Origin: Balanoglossus misakiensis
Lineage: Eukaryota; Animalia; Hemichordata
NCBI GenBank assembly: GCA_040954595.2
Contig: CM082587.2
Location: 2,695,000-2,758,999, forward strand
Direction of reading: 5' to 3'
DNA length: 64,000 nucleotides
Shown: one piece after another, positions 51,901 to 64,000 of the stretch
Position numbering within the stretch: the stretch's first letter is position 1
How the letters are laid out: each line of letters starts with the position of its first letter
Notes under the pieces: generated by a model
Seen by the model: the letters and a program-made list of their open reading frames with translations, nothing else
Database searches by the model: none
Told to the model about the DNA's origin: nothing
Position numbers and translations under genes: made by a program

Positions 51901-54900
51901 ACTACAAACAGAAAAATTACACACGTACAGTTCAGACACCCCCTTAGCCCTTTCACCCCCAGTTCCCTCTTTAAAGGTCCACCCTTACCATAGAAAACAA
52001 TGGATTTGGACTGGACCATAGTGGTGAAAGCGTTAAAGGAAACTATAAGATGGGAATCTCACCTTATTACACAGGTCCATAGTTTCAACCAGCAAAGACT
52101 GAAGTATTGATAACTCTCTCCCCAGATCTATGTATCTGTCAAACTTCACAATATTTCCTTCATCGCTTGGACCCTAAAAAGGAAAAAATCCATAAAACAT
52201 CAGAATACAGAAGAGTTACTGTAAGTTATATTACAAACAGATCAAAAGGTAAATGTTAAATGTCTGATGATAGTTTTTTTTTTCAAAGGTCAGAGGATCC
52301 TGACCTTCTAAAATTTTATTCAAATTGACATCGATGAAGATGATCTGATCAGAAAATATTTATTTATACATTTCACATTTACAATCATGGTGATTAATGC
52401 AAAATAAAAGTGGCCTGGGGTGAAAGTGATTATTCTTAACATTCAGGAGGGGCATTTTAATTTGCAGTACTGGTTGTCATGGAAACCACACAGGCATTTT
52501 TGAAACGTGATGCAGAATTTGTGGCTCTGATGCCAGATTTGAATGTATCCGCAGGCGTGTTATTTTAAGGTTTCAATAATTATTTTTACAAATGTAATTA
52601 GGTTCGTTATTAAAAAAAACAAGCACCAAGGCCATTCATCCATTCAACTTCTCAAATCACTGCGCTTTAGCCGTCTGTTATGTTTTCCATGTCACTTTTC
52701 AGGACAGTACGAACAAACTATTTAAAAACAAATTGTGCACTTTTTAAATATGCTATGCATGTTCTGTTATTCAAGTTGGACACTTGAAGTGTAAGCCATT
52801 ATGCAAGCGGTGAAAGATGTTGGCAATTGGCAATGCCGGGGCAGGCCATTGGAATATCTCTGGTAATATTCGATGTCTGGCAAGTGGGCCAACAAAAACA
52901 TGCTTGAAACAGTCACCTTGTGTTTGCATGAAGACAGCTGAAATCATTTTACAAGACTGAGTGAACATGGCCAGTTACGTCGAATGTGATAGATTAGACT
53001 GAGACAGCAAACACAGGTGACTGATACAGAACACATCTCCGAATCGGATATTCATGCGTATCTCGGAAATTCAAGCGCTTGGCATTTACTCATACTTTGA
53101 TCAAATACTGTCTGAACTTTTTTCTCTTGACCCTTTCACCCCCATTTCACTGTACGTGGGATCAACCGTGTCAGTGAACACAACAGGACTGGACTAAGCT
53201 GTGATGGAAATTAGACTTACTGATATTTCGTGCAGAAATGTTTTCATACTACTCCACTCTCTCTCCACAAAGTCATTCATAAACACCATGTATTCTTCTT
53301 TGGTGCCGAATCTGTAAACGAATAAAGATCATTAGTGACAGGTGTTCACAATACGATGCAACTTGAAGGGGGGTACAGCCCTTTAAAAGTAGGGTGCAGA
53401 TATTGTTTTACACAGAAGCTTTACACAATTCACCTCTGCACCTCACAATATAATCGATCCGAATACTTCGGGAACGGTCGGACAAAATTCTCCCGACTTA
53501 CTTGGTAAAGTTGGCTAGATTCTGAACAGTCTTTGCAATGAGTGTCAAAGTCCTTGCTGTCTTCTCCGTCGGGTACTCTTGTATAAGATCAAACAGACTC
53601 GGTGACATGATGGCTGGACACAAAAAGCGTAGGAATATTGATGCACTGGGAAATAAGAGAGAAAATACCGACATTTAAATTCCTGGTGATGATAAATGAC
53701 TATAACTTACAATGAAGGAAAACAGAATTATTACATATTATGAAAAATTTATGATGCGACTGGAAAATGAAAGCCTAGTCATCTCTGATGGTAAATGCCT
53801 CTGTGACCTTTACCCATAAAATGTACAGCCTGTGATAAACGACTGCATCTAGTCAGACAAATTGATTTATTTGTGGGAGTCAATTTGAGCTGATCACAAG
53901 GGAGATTTACTGGAATGAAGAAATGTTGACTTCTGTTATGTCTGAGCTGGCGACCAGTATTTGGTTCATCAAAGTAGCCCTGGGCAACTATGAAGACACC
54001 AAGTGCATTAATATCTATCGACTACGATACAAAGTGTGCATTCTATGCGCGTATGATATTTTGATTTCGTATGGCATGATCAAACCACAAACCTGATCAG
54101 ATGATCAGCTATGTCCCCTTTCTCTTTCTCGTTGCACAGATTCCGGAAACTATGGAAGACCGCTTTGATGTCCGAGGGAAAGATACTGAACGAGTTGATG
54201 ATTTTACACCAGACCATCTCACATAGCACTGTAAGCATAGACTGGTGGTTTTGAATGTTATTGCTAGACACTTTTGACGGGTCAACCTGCAAGAGAAAAA
54301 AAGTCAAAGTTTTAGATGAAGTCGGTAAAGGGTAAAGAATATCACCCACGCTGCCTGGTGCAGTCCCGCTGTGCTGGTCACAAATGATGTCAATTTACGA
54401 CAAATGCAGGCAGAGTTCCCACAGAGGCTTATTTGTGCACTAGTTGCTAGGTGTCACACTCTCCTCTTGAGTTATTTTCGGTCATATCATTTAGTGATCT
54501 GTTACACGTGTGTATGTAAACTCACAGAGGTGTGTGTGCAGTACAAGGAACTGATGGAGAGATGCTCAAATTGTTTTCTAGACTCAGTCGATTTCTCACA
54601 ACAAGCTCATCAAAGCCAGGCAGTCTGCAGCATGCAGTCAACCCCTTGATGAAGTCATTACATTTTTATGACAAAACTCGCACTGTGGGTAATGAACTGT
54701 TTGTTCTTCCGAGCCCGGAATGGAAAAAAATAAAGAGAAATTGCGGTCTTTACCTCGCAGTCCTCGTCATTCTCGTACAGGGTATTGATGTAATCCCCAA
54801 GGGTGTCCTTCAGGTACTGAAATGTGAAAAAAAATAGTGAAAACACTGGCGAGGTTTGCAAACTCAAATCTACCATTTTTGGATGAAGTCAGTATGATGA

Positions 54901-57900
54901 GCAAGCATGTTACACAGACCCAGCTACAGCAATAATCTACGGAAGGACTCCTGCCCCAGCATTTGTATCCCTCCAGGAGTTTCCTTATAACTTAAATGAA
55001 CAATAAAATTTTATTTTCGTTTTTTCCCCCCATAGTGAAGAATCTGTCCACACTTTGAATTTACACTATAAATTTGCTTTTCTCCACAGAAACAAGACGT
55101 CTGACAGCAAATTAAGAAGAAAAAAAACTTCGCGTTATGTGGAAATAAATAGAATCTAGATTCATTGCCAGGCTAATGGTTCTTGCTGGCTGGCAAAGCG
55201 GTTATATGTAGACCGTAAAACTTTAACTGGCCACATAGGACATCCGCTGTGGAACACTTCTCAGTTTTATCGATTTTTTGTAATTTGGGCAAATTTTGTT
55301 GAGAAGGGAGTACAATTTTGTGCCCAGACGGCTGCAATTTACTAGACTCATGAGAAATTTCAATTATTCGTCGGGTATATGCACGTTCTCAGACCTAGAC
55401 AACCCCAGGACTTTTCAGGTGATTTTTCAAGGAGCCCCTGGGATAAAATCATATCATTTGCGGAGAGTAGTAGCTAACTCATCTTGTCAAACTGTGCTCC
55501 AAAACTCATTTTTGGGGGGCATATTTGACGTTTCATGTTGTGATTATGTTTGTTGGCTTCCAAACACACATATCAGTTCTGATCTAGCATAACCTGGGAT
55601 AACAAGATAAATTTAAGCATAAACTGTGGGCGTTAGAAATCCTACCTTGTCGCCGACCAGTTTTAAGTAAGCTTCCATTGCCTTGGTTGCTATGGAGTTT
55701 GCACGGAACACCAGACTGTCATTTGCTATACAGAATAGAGAAAAAATAAGAAAAAATTGTGTAATCAGCAGAGTGTATTGGGTGATCAGGCATGTGAAAG
55801 CCTGTGTATTTGTGTGTTATGAACGTGATTGTGTATTGTACGTAATGATCGGACAGACTCAAACACTCTAATTGTACATGGGCAATGAATGCCTTTGAAT
55901 CAAGCCTCTGCACTGCATAGTAATCATGAGCCATTGTCTGCTCCAATATGCTGATCTCTCATTTTTTTTGAGCAGCTGCAATTATTTAGAGATATCATAG
56001 GGTATGGCCACAGCTTTGGAAGTTTCCTTTTAGGCATCATTTCCATCATTGTCTCAACTACTGAGAACTCACCAAGTTTGTCTATTTCATCTGAGACGAC
56101 TTTGGCAAGAAATTCCTGAGCTATCTCCTCGTGTTGGAATATTTTCACCAGCTGAATGCAGAGTTCCTCCTTGGTTTTCACGTTCAGTAACGGCTCTAAG
56201 GTTTGGCAAAGTGTCACCGCATTCTTCTTCAAATACTGTAATGAAAGACGCATGCGACTTCAGTAGTCAGCAGGGGCAATGTGTGTTTCTGAGTGAGTGA
56301 GTGAGTGAGTGAGTGAATGAGTGAGTGAGTGAATGAGACATTCACAAGTACACAGTGAACTGTATCCAATTTTTTGAGGAGTGTGTTCCCAGATATTCGC
56401 CGGTTTTAAATCTTACCTCCAATAAATCTGAGTACTGATCCAACGGTTGTATATGTGTCTTCTGGAACCGGGCTTTAATACGAAGTGACGGGCCATCACT
56501 CTTGCTCCCAAGCCTCATCACACTCGAATTCACTGGGTACCTGTTGGAGGGGACGCATAAAAAACAAAATTGATTCGGATTGCATTTTTCATTTACATAC
56601 AATGTATGTATTTCGCCTTGTTCTAACTAAATCTTTTACTCTCAAGCCCTCAACACAAATCATTCCTGCCCTGCCCCCAGAATTGCAGCTGTCGACAGCT
56701 TCCAACTTAGCCTCTAATGTAGGTTATTTTTACTGTTTTATCTGGAAATACACACTTACCATTTTTCAACACCTTGCCTTGTACTTATAGCACTCACAGG
56801 TATCTGTACGATTCCTGCACGAAACAAAAGTAAGAGAACATCAAGCATCAGTTTCACTGACCACGACATGCACGCTTACATGAATGGCATTTTCCAGGGA
56901 GATGAAAAATTAAGCAACAAAGTCACTCTGATACACGGCTACTCTGAGACAATCGGAACATCAAACACTATCACGGTACCCAACTAATGAACAGAGAGAC
57001 AGTCATTTTCATTACAGAGGAACTAGTATCTAGGTCAGATTACAGAGTTCAGTTGCAACAAATCCACAAATTACGGAGAAACCACTCCCGTTGTGGAACC
57101 AATCTTTATCCGCTAATTCACACAGAAAACAAATCAGTATGCCTGTCGGACATAACCGGGTCGTCGTTTCACAGTTTAGCCAATTACAGAGATCCGAGGC
57201 ATGGTGACTGAAAATTTCCATGCAGTAGTTCTATAAGAATGAGCGGTGTGTCGTACACTCACCTACGTAGCCATTTTTGTCCTTCTTTTTCTTTTTCTCG
57301 CTGTCTTTGTACAGATGAACATTCACAGTGGAGACATTTGGAAGACTCCTAAAGAGTTAAAAAAATCAAATACAGTCAGTAATAGATTTCCACTGAAAAA
57401 AAATTAAAACAGATTAATTTATATCTGAATTTTCTGGTGTGAAAACATGTTCAGCCAATCGTAAGTTGAGAAAAGTTTTGCCTTTGCTAGAAATTCTGTC
57501 TCGCTATGCATATATTCTAGAAATTCTCAGGAGCTTCATGTAAATTATTCAAATTGCATCAGCATTAAAACAGTTTAGCAATGCAGAATGAAGAAATACA
57601 TGCACTCAAATACGACTATAGACACTGTTTTCTTCAAATCTCGACTTTTCAATTAATTTCAGAACTCGTGGCTCTAGTTCCACCCACGCCATGAATCGCC
57701 ACAGGGGATTTTGTTTGAACAATAACTCTCGCTATTTCAAGCAGTTTAGAAAGCGCAACCGTACAGGAAACGGCAGATTTGAACTTTCGATCCCCCGTAT
57801 GCTGCAGGGCCACTCTTTGCATATCAGAGAGAGAAAGGAGACCAAGGGCGGTGCGTGACCACATCACACTCTCAAGATTAAACCATGCTTCTCTAACACT

Positions 57901-60900
57901 TTCTCCACACGGTCTCCCGTGATCTGTGCTCATCTGTCATAATAACCACCACAGATGTTAAATTGGCAGTCGCCCGTTTCCTTGACAATGCCTGATATTT
58001 TTTTTTACGATATGGCAATCCATCACCATGGCAATACCATGACCTGGTACAGCTTTACCCCTGGTACCCTTGGGCAGTTACATTCAATGATTTCTGAGTA
58101 GCACGAAGTAAAGAGGGAGGGAAGAAAGTGCAGCCTCGAGTCCGAGTGCATACTCACGTAAATGAAAACTGTTCCCCCCAGAAGAGCATCTCTCCTTTCA
58201 CCTTAGATGAGGTCCTTGCATACAGATTTTCATCAAGGCACAGTTCACAAAAGTACCTGGATAAGAGAGAAAGAGAGAGATGGAAATAATGCCGCATTAT
58301 TTCTCGCAGTGGGCATAAAGGATGATAATGATGGAAAGAAACCAGAACGTCTCAGGCTATGCATTATGCATCTGTGGCAGGACTGAGTCTCAAACATTAC
58401 TATACTGTGTATACTGTGATCTGTGTATTGTCTATCTCACACACTGAACAAGTCAGATTTCTCTCGGTGAAAACAAGACTTGAGAGGAGGATTACACACA
58501 AAAGAAGCTTAGGTTGGGGAACAATCGGTAAATGACATGCTGATAACAATTCTGCTACTTGACAATAAGACTGTATTGATACACCAAGGGGAACTCTGAA
58601 AAATGAACCCCCCTTGGCAAGGTTTACGAGGTCGCTGTGCCCTCAACAAAAACAGTCAGCGTACCAATACATGTTATGCTCAGTATTAAGACTTCTCTTT
58701 CACTGCAGAAGAATACACTGCGCATGATAGAAACCCAACGATTGAAAATCAAGACATTTCATTTTTACTGCAGTGAATTTTTTATAACACCAGTATTGAT
58801 CGCTTCCACAAAACTCTCACCATCGCTTAAACAGTTGCCGTGGCAACACAGCAGAATGTCGCTGCGGCTACCGCTACATCACTTACTTTTTCTTGGCTGG
58901 AATTCCTTTCGCTTCAATAATTGATATACTTAATGCGTTATCAGTTCGGGTTTTTTCATCTCTGTCAGGCTGCATAGTGTTACGGAGACTGCAGAGAAAG
59001 AAGCAAGAGGGAGAAAAAAATGTCATGTGTGATTAAACGCGAAAACGCGATGACATTTCGCAAACTAATTGATTCCCCCATCTTTTTTCCTTTGCTTTCT
59101 TTGTCAGGGCCACAGGAATTTGATGAGAGTGCTCTGAACACCAAAGCGGTCTTAATAAGATCGCTTCTATTTCCCGCGGGTAATATAACATGCTTTTATT
59201 AAAAATCGAACTGCTCCTCTCGGGAGCTGATCATTTGCCATTGTGTTGCAAACCCTGGGGAATCTCAAAAGTGTGAAAAAAGCTAGTCCTTGTAAGCAGG
59301 TTCTGTACAGCAGTGAACACCACTCATTTGATAAATTCTGATCTGATGCTCTTGTTGCCAGGGCAATGAACACAATCCACGACGTAAACGAGATCATTAA
59401 TGTCCAATTCGTGCGATTGAAATCACGTAATTTGTTACACCGTGACATGGCCATACGTGACTCTTTGAATTTAAAAAAGTTTTGGTAAAGATCATGGCTT
59501 GGCGGAGAATAACAGCAGAGAAAACAGAGAACTGAGAGATGTGTTTTAATTTCATAACTGTCCAGAAAAAAATGTCATCTAAACTCTTCTCCCTCGCGAC
59601 TAAATGCTCAATCCACAATGCCGTTTTTCTGAGGTTTTCGTGCAATTATTGAAACTGTCATCAATGATAAACTGTTCCAGTGACTTAACTAAAAGCTCTG
59701 TTTAAATCCTGTTGAAGCAATCAAGTGATTATGCTGATCGGCCTTTTTTGATAAAACCTAATCTGGATTTATCTTTGAACACGGGCTAATGCAGTCCACA
59801 CGTCACTCAAGATGCATGCGCAGGTGTGGGGCGTACAACTCTGAGTCTGAACTGCATTTGCAGGTCACCAGTTCCAGGAAGGTGGACTCACCTTTGGACC
59901 CATTTTTCTCTCTCTGATGCAGACCTACACGAGTAGTACTTGGTGCCGATGGTGGACGCCAGCTGAAAGCAGTGGTCCTGTCCGAGCACACTGCTGTGTA
60001 GTGGTTTGACTTGGACGTCGTCCACGGTCAGATCAGTGGCCTCCAAACTGTGGCTGCCTGACAGCACCGACTCGTGCGACCGTGACGACTTCAACTTCTG
60101 TGTTAGGAATGGCCTGTGATATATTTAAAGAGAGAAAGCAAGATCAGTGGATCTGGACTTCTGATTGGTTGCTGACCAAGTGTACCTAAACATTATGCAA
60201 AACATATACTGCAGTACGGATTTAGCTGGGTGGTTTTGTAAATTGAATTCCTTACTACTTTAGTGGCTATGGTAGGTTAAACGCGCAAACGTCTGGTGGC
60301 ATACAAGATTTTGATTGACAGCTAGTGGCTGATCACCCCATCAAGCTAATCCCCCTCTGTTCCCCATCGTTTTGATTGGATTACCAGCAGTAATCACTTT
60401 ATAGAATTAACATGCCGAGCAGGTTAATGAACAACTCCACAAGTTCCAAATTTGCATTCCAAGACCTCTTGTCCAATTTAAACCGATTTTCCCTTCACAC
60501 TCAAGGGCAGAACAGGTAAATCATAATTGCTAATTCAGACTCACATGTCTTCCTCGCTGTTTTCTTCCTCTTTGATATTCTTTATTTGTGTGGCTTTCCT
60601 GTCAATCTTTGTTGCACTTTTGGTTCTCTTTAGAGCTGTCTTCATACGCTTCGGTATAAATCCCTGTTTGTATGAAAATGTATCATTGTAAAATGAATGT
60701 GTGTGCCGCTCCGAGCAGAATAACAAATGGCAAGATGATATAATACACTGTACATATACCGGTATTGAAAGTACTGAAAATAAAAGGATTAACCTCTGGG
60801 AGGCATGTCAAACAGAGAAATACAAGAGAAGTGAGAAGAAATCTGTAATCTCTATTCTGGAGTTCAGATATACCAATGTAAATCTTTGATAATAGCTTGT

Positions 60901-62815
60901 ACTGTAATCACTGAACATGAATACAGATAAATTCTTTTGCCCATAGTAATATACAATGTACACATCTGCCCATAGCAATGCACACACAAGTTCTGATGGT
61001 GACCTGTTGCAAGATTTATCAACCTAGTCTGTTTTCCTAGTCTAGGTAATCTGCCTCTCAAATGCATATCCACTATTCTCTGTTAGTATATTCTCCGAAC
61101 TACGTCACCATCCATGTTGGATGTGAGTTCGATATCACAAAGTGACAGATTGATAACACAGCGAACAGGTGGTTATAAAAGCATGCCTGCAGTTTGCTGC
61201 GTGACATTGAAATGTCAAAACACTTCAACAGTATCAAGCATGGCATTTAATGCTCATTTACTAAACTACCCCAGGTCAGCAATACTGCCGCAGCAGTCGG
61301 GATAAATGACAGAATTGCACCGGCTGTTCTTCAACATTGGCTTCATTTCACCTCAAAGACTGTGGACAGAAAAATCGATACTCGACACGGAAATCAGGGG
61401 ACCCACTCCTCTCTGCATACTTGCCATGCAACAACCATCTCGGACAGTGATGCATTAAAAAAACAAACTGCGGTCGCCATGACAATGACTGTAAACGACT
61501 CACTTCTTTCAATTTTTAAATAAATGTTCCACGATCTTTAAGAAGCTGCCAGCGGATGAGAACGACATTTTTTTCCCGAGTAGTATCTCCGCAAAATCTA
61601 CCCTGGAGATTTGTGGCATTTATGGATTGAAATTTTGTTAGCAGTTGCATTTGTTCCCAATTCCCTGTGGACTTCAAACCTCTCCTTCATGTATGTTTTC
61701 TCTAAATATAATGGCTGTGCCAATTTCCTCTTATTTCCCGTCCTACTCCAGTCTGTATTTAGGAGCGCATCTCTGAGATGTTTCTAAATGTCACTGGTTT
61801 ATCTCATACAAATTTAATCCGGCTGAGTCTCCCGGATTGTTTCTGAGAGTCTCTCAAGAAACAAGCAAGCATAGTCCCGCTGTCATTTTTGTACCGAGGC
61901 ATGATTGGATAAAGTCTTGCTAACTTAAAACAATCGAGGCAAAAACCTATTATTCCTTGAAACTTTACTCAACTCTAATACATGTGTATCTTGCGTCTAA
62001 AGTGCCAAGTCAGTTTGTGATTGAATACTCGCAGCAGAGAAAATACAGCAGAATCCTCCCTGGGACTAACGATTAAATGCTGTTGATGAACATTTCCAAT
62101 TTGAAAGTAAATGACGCATTACCATGCAAACAGCAAGCCAATTAAAAATATGAGGGTTTTTTGTAGTCCACAAACCATCCGTGGTGAGGAAATCGATTTT
62201 AAAGTAACAAGTATGCATAATTGTACTATTGATTTTTCACCCCTATAAAAAGCGAGCCATGTTTCCGAGAACTATTCCCGAATTATAACGTGTCACGGAA
62301 TTGTGACTGTGCGGAGAAGTTGGAGAATAAGACCGGCAAATTGGATCATTTCCAGGCAGTTTATGTAAACCTACATCCATTTTCCCTCAGCATTATAATG
62401 GTTACACAATGAATTAGGACACGCAGGTCTCAGACTTGTTACAGACTGTGATTCATTGCAAATAGGAACACCACAGGAATACGTGATTAGGAACCTTTAC
62501 ATCAGGTGTGTGTGGTCTACAAGACAACTTCAGAGTCAGAATCTTTAATATTTTATTCAGAGGTCTCTTTCTTTAAAGCCCCAGTAACTCCAATTTTTGG
62601 CATTTTTCCGTATTTTTGTTTTGGGTATCAACTGCGGAATGGTGAGGTGTGTGTGTGTGGGAGGGGGGGGGGGCTGGGTTGGAGGGGGCCAGAAAATATC
62701 AAAACTCGACTTACAAACTTGGAGGGTGACCCCTCTGTGTCCATGACCGTCACATGAGTGGTCGTGGTGGGGGCACTCTTCCTGCGGGCCCTGCTTCGAC
62801 TCTCATACGCTGGAT
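45671..62815 (-). CDS. RASAL2: Ras GTPase-activating protein of the nGAP(RASAL2)/DAB2IP/SynGAP family (probable invertebrate co-orthologue); 18 coding exons, 5' end outside window
   Basis: In-frame exons encode the split PH region ([11 protein letters not shown]; SRSHESVLS; [16 protein letters not shown]; [12 protein letters not shown]), C2 ([24 protein letters not shown]), RasGAP (arginine finger [10 protein letters not shown]; [15 protein letters not shown]; [15 protein letters not shown]; YIDLGRELS), a long Ser/Pro-rich exon (PLSFSNPVY), the C-terminal coiled coil and an NGDFKSSHC end. The symbol marks the family; one-to-one orthology is not resolved. Confidence 0.94.
49927..50129 (-). CDS. 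RasGAP coiled-coil exon
   Basis: [12 protein letters not shown]...[26 protein letters not shown]. Confidence 0.94.
50516..51829 (-). CDS. RasGAP large Ser/Pro/Thr-rich exon (438 codons)
   Basis: tttgcag|[10 protein letters not shown]...PLSFSNPVY...AFVE|gtaggc; phase 0 at both ends. Confidence 0.9.
51948..52032. mobile_element. Short piggyBac-like MITE remnant in a RasGAP intron
   Basis: ttag|CCCTTTCACC ... GGTGAAAGCG|ttaa; near-perfect 10-bp inverted ends with TTAA-like flanks. Confidence 0.55.
52063..52173 (-). CDS. RasGAP exon
   Basis: [28 protein letters not shown]. Confidence 0.93.
53131..53213. mobile_element. Second, more decayed copy of the same short element
   Basis: ttga|CCCTTTCACCCCCA ... 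GGACTGGAC ...; shares the left end and an internal motif with 51948-52032. Confidence 0.4.
53221..53311 (-). CDS. RasGAP exon
   Basis: [30 protein letters not shown]. Confidence 0.95.
53502..53645 (-). CDS. RasGAP exon (FLR motif)
   Basis: [20 protein letters not shown]...[16 protein letters not shown]. Confidence 0.96.
54093..54286 (-). CDS. RasGAP exon
   Basis: VDPSKV...[17 protein letters not shown]...IADHLI. Confidence 0.94.
54754..54816 (-). CDS. RasGAP exon
   Basis: [21 protein letters not shown]. Confidence 0.93.
55646..55725 (-). CDS. RasGAP exon (arginine finger)
   Basis: [26 protein letters not shown]. Confidence 0.95.
56073..56235 (-). CDS. RasGAP exon (GAP domain)
   Basis: [24 protein letters not shown]...EIDKL. 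Confidence 0.93.
56291..56337. repeat. (GAGT)n tetranucleotide microsatellite in a RasGAP intron
   Basis: gagtgagtgagt... with two gaat variants. Confidence 0.9.
56417..56540 (-). CDS. RasGAP exon
   Basis: YPVNSS...[25 protein letters not shown]. Confidence 0.93.
56760..56814 (-). CDS. RasGAP exon (C2)
   Basis: [18 protein letters not shown]; phases fit both neighbours. Confidence 0.9.
57263..57348 (-). CDS. RasGAP exon (C2)
   Basis: [28 protein letters not shown]. Confidence 0.92.
58158..58256 (-). CDS. RasGAP exon (C2)
   Basis: [32 protein letters not shown]. Confidence 0.94.
58887..58988 (-). CDS. RasGAP exon (PH/C2)
   Basis: [33 protein letters not shown]. Confidence 0.92.
59892..60113 (-). 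CDS. RasGAP exon (PH domain)
   Basis: [11 protein letters not shown]...[16 protein letters not shown]...[13 protein letters not shown]. Confidence 0.94.
60545..60663 (-). CDS. RasGAP exon
   Basis: [23 protein letters not shown]. Confidence 0.9.
62715..62815 (-). CDS. RasGAP exon (N-terminal region)
   Basis: tttacag|..[15 protein letters not shown]...EGSPSKF|gtaagt. Confidence 0.8.
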
Positions 62816-64000
62816 CTGTAAACAACAACAACAACAATAAACATCTAACATTAGTCCAGAATTTGCTACCGTCTGTGTGATACGAAAACTAGCAGACATA
62901 GTTGGAGAAAATTGAAGAATCATGAGTTCTATACATGTATATAAAAGCATGATTCCCGCAATCAATTACTCTTAGAAGAGTATCGTGATATACAGTACAT
63001 GTATAAATTGCCCATCAGCAAAGCGATATCACTGACGTTTTATTGACCTTTCATTTTCTTCAAAAGTCATACCAATAAATTTCTATTGAACTCAGTTTTT
63101 GAACTGAGTTTAATACGCTATGCTTAGAGCGATGTGGGTGGATTGGCCAAAGGCAAGATCCATGGCAAATTACAAAGAGTTTGTGAATCCCAGCCTTTAA
63201 CATTCAATATAGCCTCCAGAAAAGCATTTCAATGGGTAGCTATCCTCTTATGACAGATTTGGTTTCATACAAAAAACTTTGAATATGATTTGATATTTAT
63301 CTGAAGGGCTGAGGACGGAATAAAGCGTATTGTAGATGTTAGCAGAGATTAATCTGGGATGAGAGTAATTGTACACATAATGTAGAATTACCTGAAAGCT
63401 TGAATATCATGTTCTACAATGAGTTTAAATACCAGAAGAACACACTGGTTATCTGACGAACTGAACATTGGAGATCCACATTGTACAGTAAAAGAATGGG
63501 TTCCAGTTAAGAAATCAGAAACCCAAGCAGAAATTGAAACAAATTTAGACGTCACTATGCACTCTATCTACTTTTTGATTTGTGTAACTAAACTCTCTGA
63601 TTCAATCTCTCTCAGGTCATCCTTACCCCCATTTGTCAAAGTATTAAGTTTGACGTAAAATCAATGCAGATGTAACAGAGTTTTAGTCAGATGATAATAT
63701 CCCTTCTCTTGGCGCAACACAGAAATATAATGCAGGATGTTTTATCCCAGTATACAGATAAATCAGGTTCTATTACGTTTCACAGGAGATGTAAAACTGT
63801 ACATAACATGTTTTTCCCTCAAAAAAGATTACATTAGAGATAATATGAGATGCATCCTTTCCAAAAGTTTAAAGTTTGAGTTTATCTATCTGAAGGATAT
63901 TTCAAATATTTTTCCTGCCTTTCATTTACAAGTTATCTCCATAGTAAGAATGTAATGTGAAGTTGGTATCAAAAAGTTCCAGAAAAAAAAAATTAATTGA

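Noticed and set aside
63084-63115. Short imperfect hairpin (TATTGAACTCAGTT/AACTGAGTTTAATA)
   Set aside because: Too short for a pre-miRNA and has no other support.
1-64000. CRISPR arrays, tRNA/rRNA genes, prokaryotic operons, transposase or reverse-transcriptase ORFs
   Set aside because: None seen; the window is spliced eukaryotic DNA with no regularly spaced repeat-spacer array or recognisable RNA gene.

Overview
Eukaryotic, intron-containing animal genomic DNA. An invertebrate deuterostome such as a hemichordate is my guess from gene architecture, not something proven here. All recognisable genes lie on the minus strand. (1) 1-~17.7 kb is non-coding and is probably the 5' exon, promoter and large first intron of a gene whose coding exons lie left of the window. 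(2) 23437-30840 is a complete 20-exon EDEM3 gene (GH47 alpha-mannosidase-like, PA domain, long acidic/Gln-rich tail, KDEL; 1164 aa by my exon sum). (3) 37822-38844 is a small two-exon gene of 240 aa. (4) 45671-62815 holds 18 coding exons of a SynGAP/DAB2IP/RASAL2 (nGAP)-family RasGAP whose 5' end is outside the window. The most interesting observation is that the small gene is an ungapped paralogue (44/118 identities by hand) of the neighbouring RasGAP's C-terminal coiled coil. It starts at the homologous phase-0 splice acceptor, lacks the PH, C2 and GAP domains, and has a different tail with a polyproline run, an RVxF (PP1-docking-like) motif and a class I PDZ-ligand-like end. It could be a GAP-less microProtein/adaptor partner, an alternative RasGAP C-terminus, or both. 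Also present are a PIF/Harbinger-type MITE, short piggyBac-like MITE remnants, simple repeats and many RFX X-box-like motifs. Exon boundaries were read by hand from GT-AG sites and checked for frame continuity.
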